DNA from: Macrostomum lignano
Lineage: Eukaryota
Assembly: GCA_002269645.1 (NCBI GenBank)
Contig: NIVC01000045.1
Location: 124,001 to 188,000, forward strand
Direction of reading: 5' to 3'
DNA length: 64,000 nucleotides
Shown: piece by piece, positions 50,301-60,900 of the stretch
How the letters are laid out: every line of letters begins with the position of its first letter
Position numbering within the stretch: the first letter of the stretch is position 1
Program-made: the position numbers and the translations under genes
The notes under the pieces: model-generated
The model's database searches: none
What the model was told of the DNA's origin: nothing
What the model saw: only the letters and a program-made list of their open reading frames with translations

Positions 50301-52799
50301 ATTAAGTTATGCTAGGTAATCTGAATGGATGTGGTCAATCAAAATTGCTTACTTATTTCTTTTTACACAATCAAAATTCTATGATCGTATCCTATTGGTT
50401 AAAATGGCAACATATTACATGTATATTGCGCATGCATCCTATATCTATATTTGTATAAAAGCAATTAAATGCAAGACCCATGTAGCTACTGGTCTGCGCA
50501 CTATATATTTACTATTTTATACTCAAGAATATTGACCTGATATCTTCTCTATATCTAAAAAACAGATAGCTAGCTGTCTTGTCACCGAATTGACCTGGGA
50601 CCCACCTGGGTCACCCCTTGGTCAGCTACCCCATAATTTTGTTGTCTAGTATATAGCCACCCCACTCCCACTATGTACATTTTAATGTTGGTTTTAACAT
50701 ATTTTAGGCTAAGAACAATCAAACATTATTTTATAAGACATTTTTGAATTTAGTCTATTAACTAGCAATCTTCGCCCTTCGATGGGGACATCTGGATAGA
50801 ATCCTTGTTCTTTACAAATAACAAATATTAGACAGCAAAATAAAGCCTTTATAAAAAACAACAGACATTCCCTCTAAAAACAAAAAATCCCAAGACAGCA
50901 AGCATCCCTAGACAGCATTCAAGCATCGATCCCCAGATAGCAAGCATAACCTGGATACAAAGAGACCTTATAGATATCTAGCTTGATTGATTCTTTTTTT
51001 TGTATCAGATAAAGAGAAAAAATAGCTATTTACATTATGGCAGTTAGTATCTAGAAAAGGTACACACATTTTATAAGAGACATGGTTAGTGGAATTTCCC
51101 AGCTATTTAAATTCTAACAATACTATTTATATTTGCTTATTCAGCCTTTATTTTGGCACTTCTTTCACTTATCTCCATCTCAGGTGTTGGCAAGAGCTCC
51201 CTACTAGTTCGCTACACAGATGACACTTTTTCTGGCAGTTACATCACCACTATTGGCGTTGACTTCAAGATTAAAACTATTGAAGTAAATGGCGTCAGAG
51301 TGAAGCTGCAGATTTGGGACACTGCTGGTAAGGTGTACATTTTGAAAACTGTACATCTACTTTATAAATTGATTTCAAAATCTGTCATAGAGGGTTTGAA
51401 AATCGGTCATGAACTGATTGCAAAATTGGTCATAAACTTATTTCAAAATCGGTCATCAACTGATTTAAAAATCGGTCACAGAGTGATTTGAAAATCGGTC
51501 ATAGACTAATTTCAAAATCGTTCATAAACTGAGTTCAAAATCGGTCATAAGCTGATTGGATAATCGGTCATAGAGTGTTTAAAAATCTGTCATAGAGTGC
51601 TCGAAAATCGGTCCTAAACTGATTTCAAAATCGTTCATTGACTGATTTCAAAATCGGTCATAGACTAATTTCAAAATCGGTCATCAACTGATTTAAAAAT
51701 TGGTCATAGAGTGTTTGAAAATCGGTCATAGACTAATTTCAAAATCGGTCATAGACTAATTTCAAAATCGGTCATCAACTGATTTCAATATCGGTCATAG
51801 AGTGTTTAAAAATCTGTCATAGAGTGTTTGAAAATCGGCCATGAACTGATTTGAAAATTGGTCATAAACTGATTGTAAAATCGGTCATAAACTTATTTAA
51901 AAATCGGTCATAGACTTATTTCAAAATCGGTCATCAACTGATTTAAAAATCGGTCACAGAGTGATTTGAAATTCGGTCATAGACTAATTTCAAAATCGGT
52001 CATAAACAGGTTTTAAATCGGTCATAAACTGCATTACTAAGCCTAACGCTTTTTGTATGTAAACATTATCGCAGGTCAGGAAAGATTCCGCACAATCACA
52101 GCAACGTATTACCGCGGCGCTCACGGAATTATTGTTGTGTACGACGTGAACTCTGCTGGCACTTTTTTAAACGTAAAACGCTGGTTTGAAGAGATTCAAC
52201 AGCACTGTCCAACTGCTGTTGCTAAGGTTATTGGTGAGTAGTATTTAGGCTTTTTTATTGTCTAAATTTGAGTTTTAATCTGAAATCGATTTTAAAATAT
52301 AATTATTTACGCTACATATCGGCAGTTGTCTAATATCAGATATTTAATAAAGTTACCTACGCTACATATCGGTAGTTTTGCACACTACAAACCGTCAACC
52401 ATTTAAAACTGAACCCCCCTCCCCCAGTTGGCAACAAAAACGACTGCCCAGAGACTAAAGTGATCTCAACGCCAGACTTGAAAACCGTGGCCAACGAATT
52501 CAATGTGCCATTTGTGGAAACCTCCGCCAAAGACAATGTCAATGTTGATTTGGTAAGCTAGTTATGCAAATTATTTATTAATATTGTCAAGTTCTAACGC
52601 TTTTTTATGCAATGCTGACTTGAAATTATTGCAGCTATTTAATTTAGTTACTGAGGAGATTCTGAAAACCAAGCGATCGGGCGGTCAGAGCGGAGGCAAC
52701 GGCGCCGACAAAGGCGGAGGAGGTAGCAGCGGCGGCGCCATCAAAGTGACCAAAGTCAAGAGCGGTACCGGCAGCGGTGGAAAAAAGAAATGCTGCTAA
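47344..52799 (+). CDS. RAB35: Rab GTPase Rab35, 215 aa; exons 47344..47398, 51184..51327, 52075..52233, 52428..52552, 52635..52799
   Basis: The spliced product [80 protein letters not shown] matches Rab35 as remembered ([33 protein letters not shown], polybasic CC end). All introns are GT-AG and the total is 648 nt, in frame. Confidence 0.9.
47542..48117. mobile_element. hAT-type MITE in RAB35 intron 1
   Basis: Ends CCAGTGTGCGGAT / ATCCGCAACCTGG; exact 8-bp TSD CTTTGATG; many subterminal GTACGCC repeats. Confidence 0.85.
48118..50040. repeat. Large palindromic host element (inverted ~200-bp arms plus internal repeated units) in RAB35 intron 1
   Basis: 48118..48334 is the reverse complement of ~49840..50040 (e.g. 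CAAATTATTCACATATAAA / TTTATATGTGAATAATTTG). Related units recur in both orientations at 49436..49900. Boundaries approximate. Confidence 0.75.
48335..49426. mobile_element. Foldback/MULE-like element with internally repetitive TIRs
   Basis: TIR ends ATGTGTTTAACTTATCCCGCA / TGCGGGATAAGTTAAACACAT; exact 9-bp TSD CAAAAATCA; each arm is made of ~12-bp TTTCCCGCA(C/T) repeats. Confidence 0.85.
51385..52030 (+). repeat. ~23-bp minisatellite (CAAAATCGGTCATAGACTAATTT-like) in RAB35 intron 2
   Basis: Degenerate tandem array read directly. Confidence 0.92.
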
Positions 52800-53254
52800 A
52801 TTATTGTTTTTATTGCCGTTTGAATTGTGTTCGGGGTATTTGTGCAATTTTTCTTGTGTATTATAAAACAAACTCTAATTAAGGAAGGATGTGTGTCTTT
52901 GTCCCAAACCGCTTGTTTTTTATACGAAAGTAGTTACTGAAGTACAATGGGGTTTCTTCCCGGTTTAGGCACTTAAGATTACCTTAAGTCTCGAGCCTCT
53001 TCAGAGGGAAGTTCTCTCAAATCTCAGTAGCGTAGGTAGTGCTGCCACCAGTTCCTTCAGGTCTCGGCCTTCGGTGAGGTGAGCTTCCCGTTGGAACGAA
53101 ATAACAGAGTCAACGAACACAGCACAGCGTGCAGGTTTTAGAGCGCAACGTACAAGGCTAGCTGCTAACAGAGTGGGACGCCTAACATTAACTAGCGGAT
53201 CACTACATTACCTTTAAATTAACTTTAGAATTAATTTTGCTCCGTGCTACAGAG

Positions 53255-53822
53255 CCGCTACCGAAAGGGGCGGAAGCTACAGAAGGGGTGGAAGCTACAG
53301 AAGGGGTGGAAGCTACAGAAGGGGCGGAAGCTACAGAAGGGGCGGAAGCTACAGAAGCGGAAGCTACAGAAGGGGTGGAAGCTACAGAAGGGGTGGAAGC
53401 TACCGAAGGGGTGGAAGCTACAGAAGGGGTGGAAGCTACAGAGAGGGGGCGGAAGCTACAGAAGGGGCGGAAGCTACAGAAGGGGCGGAAGCTACAGAAG
53501 CGGAAGCTACAGAAGGGGTGGAAGCTACAGAAGGGGTGGAAGCTACCGAAGGGGTGGAAGCTACAGAAGGGGTGGAAGCTACAGAGAGGGGGCAGAAGCT
53601 ACAGAAGGGGCGGAAGCTACAGAAGGGGCGGAAGCTACAGAAGGGGTGGAAGCTACAGAAGGGGTGGAAGCTACAGAAGGGGTGGAAGCTACAGAGAGGG
53701 GGTGGAAGCTGCAGAAGGGGTGGAAGCTACAGAGAGGGGGTGGAAGCTGCAGAAGGGGTGGAAGCTACAGAGAGGGGGTGGAAGCTACAGAAGGGGTGGA
53801 AGCTGCAGAAGGGGTGGAAGGC
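53255..53822 (+). repeat. ~18-bp minisatellite (GAAGGGG[T/C]GGAAGCTACA)n
   Basis: Tandem array between RAB35 and ULK4. Confidence 0.95.
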
Positions 53823-54429
53823 CCTTTCTAAGCCCCTTCTAGTATATTGTGGCCGCGGCAAAGCCTTCACTGAGTGCATGATTTGATGAATTGAATTCAC
53901 TCTTTTAATGCTACATGTACTTTTTGTTTCTGCTAGAAGTAAGTAGGGCGAATCAGATTGCGCTCATATTATTATTAATTATTATTGTTTATTCTAGTAG
54001 TGTATTAAGCGCTTGCTAAGTATAAAATATGAGTTGAAATCTGGCAAACAAAATGACGCAGATTTATAATTAGCTCCAATGTGCCTATAAAAGCTAAACA
54101 TAATCAATTGTTTTTAAATTGGTGCTTTACCTTCCTGTGACACTATATGTATTTTTTTATTTTTAATGTGCCCTATTTTGTTGATCTGCTTTGCCGCTAT
54201 TGTTTTAATTTTTTTAATTTCCAAGTTTTTTGCCCCTGTTTCTCGTTTAGTTGCTAATTTTTATTCTTTTTTACAACTGCGATTGTTGCGTACTCAGAAA
54301 TTAGTTTTTTTAAAATATAAAGAAATATATTTATGCTCACAATTATTTACAAATATTTATATTATATAAAATAGAATTTTGATTCCAATATGAACTGCTC
54401 GCTTGCATGCCAAAGATTGTGCCTTCACT

Positions 54430-54815
54430 ACTGTTTTCTTATTTCTTAGCTGTCACTCCCCCTCTCCCCCTGTCACTTCATCTATTCCCCTGTCAATCCC
54501 TTATCTGCAATGTCACTCCACTTATCTGCCCTGTCACTCCCCTTATCTGCCCTGTCTCCTCTTATCAGCACTGTCACTCCCCTTATAAATACTGTCACTC
54601 CCCTTATAAATACTGTCACTCCCCTATAAGTACTGTCACTCCCCTTATCTGCCTTGTCACTCCTCTTATCAGCACTGTCACTCTAATTATCTGCCCAGTC
54701 ACTCCCCTTATAAATACTGTCACTCCCCTATAAGTGCTGTCACTCTCCTTATCTGCCCGTCACTCCCCTTATAAGTACTGTCACTCCTCTTATCAGCACT
54801 GTCACTCCGCTCCCC
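54430..54815 (+). repeat. ~21-bp minisatellite (CTGTCACTCCCCTTAT..) upstream of ULK4
   Basis: Degenerate tandem array. Confidence 0.9.
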
Positions 54816-54953
54816 TTTCACTGCCCTCTTCATCTACAATGTCCGACCTTTTTTCACCCAGCATTTTCGCTCCTGCCCCCATAAATATTCATTTTTAAAA
54901 CTTGTCAATTTGTTAAAATTTCTGCTGACAAGGCCGCATTAGCGCAGCCAATC

Positions 54954-57900
54954 ATGGAGAATTTTGTCCTATACGAGGACATCACAAATTCGCCCAACAT
55001 AGCCGGTTGCACCACAACTCACAAAGGTCGCCGCAAAGGCACCATTGCTTTCCTGGCTATCAGCAGTGTGAAGAAGCGAGCCAGGGCTCCCGTGACCAAT
55101 CACGTGAGATTTGTGAGCGAGTTGCGGCACCCTCTTGTCGTGCAGTTTATGGAGTGGTATGAAACCACTAATCATCTGTGGCTGGTGTTTGAGCTGTGCT
55201 CAGGCGGCGATTTAGATACCCTGTTGCAACTTGATGGAGCACTGCCGGAGACTGCGATCAGGCAGTTCGGCATGGATTTAGTTCGAGCATTGCACTATCT
55301 GCATAGCAGCGATATTGTGTACGCGGACCTGTGCCCCAGTAAAGTGCTAATCGATAATGAAGGCCAGATGAAGCTGGCCGATTTCTCTTTGGCATTTAAA
55401 AATGGCGAACTGCTGTCGGATCTGTATTGTCATTTTGTCGATATGGGCGGCGGAGATGAGGAGTCGGATTTATCCGCCGGGGCGGATGGCGATGCGGATG
55501 GGGGCGGAGGTGGCGGTCAGATCCGGGAGCCTCAGATGCCGCAGCTGGACTGGCTGGCTCCTGAGATGGTTCGTGGAGATCAACCTTGCGCTGATTACAA
55601 ATCAGATTTATGGTCGCTGGGCGCTCTGCTCTATCACATGTTCACCGGCAGGCCTCCATTTGCTGCCGCCACTGCTAAAGATGTAGCCGAAGGCATCGTG
55701 TACAAACAGCTGCCGCCACCCAGAGTGAAGGGTGCCCGACTGACCGGCAAGCCTAGCAATGATTTCTCCGATCTAGTTGGCCGGTTGTTGGACAAAGATC
55801 CGGACACGAGGCTGGACTGGCCGGAACTGATTAGTCATTCTTTCTGGCAAGGCAAACTGGCGGATTTGGCTGGGTCTTATGGTGATGCTTCGCCAAGGAA
55901 ATCCATGGCTTTGAATCGGTCTGTCAGCTTGGAGGAGACGCTCGCTTCGGTTAGGCAGTCCCTGCGTGCTAGTCGGAGTCATCACCCCAATCAGCAGCCG
56001 CTTGGAGATACCAGTCTGGGGAGGAGCAACAGCAGATCCGTGAGTGGGGTGTTGTGTTGGGATCTGAGATAATTTGTTGGGATTTGGGATGACTTTTTAG
56101 GATCTGTGATTATTATTTTTTTCTGGAATGAACAGAGACAAGCTACCAGGGATCAGAGACCAGCTATTAGGTATCAGGAACCAGCTATTAGGGATCAGAG
56201 AACCGCTATTAGACATCGGAGACCAGCTATTAGGGATCAGAGACCAGCTATTAGGGATCAGAGACTCGCTATTAGACATCGGAGACCAGCTATTAGGGAT
56301 CAGAGGCCCGCTATTAGACATCGGAGACCGGCTATTAGGGATCAGAGAGCAGCTAATTATGGATCAGAGACTAGCTAATTAGTGATTACCAGCTAATTAG
56401 GGATTACCAGCTATTGCGCGTCTAGAACTAGACATGCAGCCAGACATCTCAACTTTATTTTCAGCCAATCCCAGAGGATGCAGCCGCCGACAACTCCAGC
56501 TTCCATCAGCATGAGCAGCAGCATCATCATAACGATGCAGTCTCCTTCACTTTACACGCCGGCAGTCGCCCAGTTACTGCCAACAACAGCAGCAGCAACA
56601 AGCAGCAACAACAGCAGCAACCATCAACTGCTGCAGCAGCCGCCGCCGCCTCAAGCATCAGCGGTCGTCAGTCCAGCCGACCGCCATCAGCTGGTGCCCC
56701 AGCAACGCCTCAGCAACAGCGCCGACCCAGCTCCTCAACCGGTGCCACCGACGTTGAAGAGCTTCGCCGATTAATCCACCTAGAAGAGGACGCGGATTCC
56801 GCGGGATCAGTTGTTGATAATCCCAGAATTGTTGGCTCCATCACGGATAAGAAATTCGACACGAAATCATTGCCAGTGCCGCCACTCTCGCCAGACCGTC
56901 TGGCTGGAATGTCGGCCGCTGAAGTGGCCCGTCATGCTGGCGTCCTGGCGCAGGCCTTCGCCAGCAGCGGCTCCGAGAGGGGACCGCCGTCTCAGAAGCG
57001 AATCAATCTGGTGTCCTATGCTGTGTCGGTGTTCTCTGCGACTGCTACCACGCCGGCAGAGCTGGCCCGGCCTCTCCTGGCGTCTGGTACTGTTGCTAAC
57101 GACTTGTTGAAGCAGGTAAGATCAGGTGCTGCTTTCATTCTGCCTTTTTGATGCTTCCAGGGCTCTGATTTCCCTCTGTTTGATAGCAATAATAATTTAT
57201 TACACCTGTCCTAATGGCCAGATGTGCAACCGACAGCTCAGCCGCAGCCATTGCGCGGCGCATCTGAAAGCTGCGTACGGCTGTTCAGTCCAAGGACTGG
57301 GGGGTCGCCACACACGCCCTCAATTACCCCAGATGATGCTGGCTCCCATTTTACAGCTGGGTGAACTGAAACAATGCAGAGTTTGGTGCCTTGCTCAAGG
57401 ACACAAATTGTTCCAGTGGGATCGGGAATCGAACCCCCGACCTTTAAGTTGTGAGTCCGACGCTCTAACCGCTAGGCTAAAACCCCTCCTCTCTTTGATG
57501 CTCTCCTGCCTTTGATACTTCCCTGTCTCTGACGCTTCCATATATTTGATGCTTCCCTGTCTCTGACGCTTCCATGTATTTGATGCTTCCCTGTCTCTGA
57601 CGCTTCCATGTATTTGATGCTTCCCTGTCTTTGATGCTTCCCCATCTTTATTGCTTCCCCATCTTTATTGCTTCCCCATCTTTGATGCTTCCCCATCTTT
57701 ATTGCTTCCCCATCTTTGATGCTTCCCTATCTTTGATGCTTCCCCATCTTTATTGCTTCCCCATCTTTATTGCTTCCCCATCTTTGATGCTTCCCCATCT
57801 TTATTGCTTCCCCATCTTTGATGCTTCCCTATCTTTGATGCTTCCCTATCTTTGATGCTTCCCTATCTTTGATGCTTCCCTATCTTTGATGCTTCCCTAT

Positions 57901-60900
57901 CTTTGATGCTTCCCTATCTTTGATGCTTCCCTATCTTTGATGCTTCCCTATCTTTGATGCTTCCCTATCTTTGATGCTTCCCTATCTTTGATGCTTCCCT
58001 ATCTTTGATGCTTCCCTATCTTTGATGCTTCCCTATCTTTGATGCTTCCCTATCTTTGATGCTTCCCTATCTTTGATGCTTCCCTATCTTTGATGCTTCC
58101 CTATCTTTGATGCTTCCCTATCTTTGATGCTTCCCTATCTTTGATGCTTCCCTATCTTTGATGCTTCCCTATCTTTGATGCTTCCCTATCTTTGATGCTT
58201 CCCTATCTTTGATGCTTCCCTATCTTTGATGCTTCCCCATCTTTGATGCTTCCCTATCTTTGATGCTTCCCTATCTTTGATGCTTCCCTATCTTTGATGC
58301 TTCCCTATCTTTGATGCTTCCCTATCTTTGATGCTTCCCTATCTTTGATGCTTCCCTATCTTTGATGCTTCCCTATCTTTGATGCTTCCCTATCTTTGAT
58401 GCTTCCCTATCTTTGATGCTTCCCTATCTTTGATGCTTCCCTTTCTTTGATGCTTCCCTATCTTTGATGCTTCCCCATCTTTGATGCTTCCCTATCTTTG
58501 ATGCTTCCCTATCTTTGATGCTTCCCTATCTTTGATGCTTCCCTATCTTTGATGCTTCCCTATCTTTGATGCTTCCCTATCTTTGATGCTTCCCTATCTT
58601 TGATGCTTCCCTATCTTTGATGCTTCCCTATCTTTGATGCTTCCCTATCTTTGATGCTTCCCTATCTTTGATGCTTCCCTATCTTTGATGCTTCCCTATC
58701 TTTGATGCTTCCCTATCTTTGATGCTTCCCTATCTTTGATGCTTCCCTATCTTCCGCCTCTCTGATTGTTGTTTTTCTCCAATGCAGCAGTCAGCAGCCT
58801 ACCACCTAAAACCGCACCAATCCCCCATCTCAACCCCTCGCAGATCCGAGAAACCACCCACGCTGATCTGAAGCTGCGCCTCTGCCGTCTGCTGGCCCAC
58901 CTGTTCTGCTTGGCGGCCCCTCTGCTCGCCTCCGCTACCCCAGCTTCAGCGACTCCATCATCAAAGCTGCAGCATCCTTCGGCATCGTGCGAGACCTGGC
59001 CTCTGGGAGAGTCAGCCACCCAGCTCACTGAGATGCTGAGAGAGCAGTTTCGCAACACTAAACTCAAACAGGCGTTGCTGGCCGCTCTGGGGGAACTGCT
59101 GGTTGCTATCTCAGCTGGGGAGTCCGCTCTGGGCAAGCAAGTGGCTAAATGGATTGTGCCTGCTATGACAGTCAATCAGGTGTCCCGGTGCTTGCATAGC
59201 AGCGAAGAGGTCGTTACTAGTCACCTGGCTTGCAAGATTATTGAGAAGGTAAGCAGCTTCTGTGCTAGATATAAAGCTCCCCCTCCCCCTACTATTATGA
59301 AGCTTCCGCCCCTTACCGCCCCCACTAGCATGAAGCTTCCGCTCCTTACCGCCCCCACTAGTATGAATCTAGTATGAATCTAGTATGAAGCTTCCGCCCC
59401 TACTCTCATGAAGCTTCCGCCCCTACTCTCATGAAGCTTCCGCCCCTACTCTCATGAAGCTTCCGCCCCTACCCTCATGAAGCTTCCGCCCCTACTCTCA
59501 TGAAGCTTCCGCCCCTACTCTCATGAAGCTTCCGCCCCTACTCTCATGAAGCTTCCGCCCCTACTCTCATGAAGCTTCCCCCCCTACTCTCATGAAGCTT
59601 CCGCCCCTACTCTCATGAAGCTTCCGCCCCTACTCTCATGAAGCTTCCGCCCCTACTCTCATGAAGCTTCCGCCCCTACTCTCATGAAGCTCCCGCCCGT
59701 ATACTGTTTAAATTCCACCTCCCGTCATTACAGCCGCTTCCTCAACACAGATGCATAACCAAATCAGCCAACCGCCCCTCCTTCCCCCGATCTGGCAGGT
59801 ATGCGGCTACCAGGACACTCAGCACGCCGCCCGTTTCAGCACCCAGGAGCTGGGCCAGCTGGTCTGGTCCACACTTCGCCTGGCTACCCTGGACAGCCTG
59901 CGAATCTGTGCAGCTGTCAGTCTCAGCCGCATGTGCCGCATCAGTCCCGCTATCTGTCAATCAGTAGTTGATAAAGCTGGACTATCCAGCGTGCTGGACT
60001 GCTTGAATGCACCGTCCAGTCTAACCAGAGTGCAACAGTCGGTGCTGAGCATGCTGGGTGCCAGTCTGATCTGCAGTCCTACCGCTCCATTCAGCAAGAA
60101 GCTGTCCCAGGATCGAGACTTCCTACACTCGGTGCTCAAACAGCTGGAGAGTCCGAATCCATTAAACCGAGCCAAAGCGTTTCTAATAGTCGATTCGGTA
60201 GTTCGAAATTCGCCAGATTCGTTGAATGTCTGCTGCAATCTCCGGCTGTTGGTGTACGTTGAACGGGACTCGAGGCGGGACACGCCAGGGGCTGGTCGAG
60301 GCGCAGCAGGGGTGGAGCTGCAGGCGCACCTGTACCACTGCCTGGACCTGCTGGTTGGCACCCTGTGCGCCTGCGTGCCCGGCGTGACCGATCAAATTCT
60401 CGCTGCGTTGGACGCTGTAGCTGGTAGGAAGCATCCATCTAATGCTCAGGTAAATTTGACAATTATTGTCTACCCGATATGTATCGAAAGTTGTTTGTTA
60501 AATAATCAATTGTTTTAAGTTGTTTTTGCTCTGGGTAACCCAGCCACGATCCGTACCCATTCAGTGAGGGGTTGTAGCCTTGTGGTTAGAGTGTCGGACT
60601 CATGATTGAAAGGTCGGGGGTTCGATTCCCGATCCCACTCGGAACAATTTGTGTCCTTGAGCAAGGCGCTTAACTCTGCATTGCTTCAGTCCACCCAGCT
60701 GTAAAATGGGTGCCAGCATTAGCTGGGATAATTGAGGGTGTGTGGCAACCCCCCAGTCCTTGGACTAAACAGCCGTACGCAGCCTTCAGATGCGCCGCGC
60801 AATAGCTCCATATCTGTGTACAGTAGTTGCTTATCCCGATATGTATCGAAATGCAGAAATACGTACATTAAAAAAACTCTACATTATTTGAAAGTATTCC

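Noticed and set aside
53237-53886. ATEG/KLQKG repeat ORFs
   Set aside because: Minisatellite translations.
60566-60640. tRNA gene (apparent CAT anticodon)
   Set aside because: It is the SINE head; the anticodon differs among copies (CAT, CAC, ACG) and it continues into the CORE-like body.
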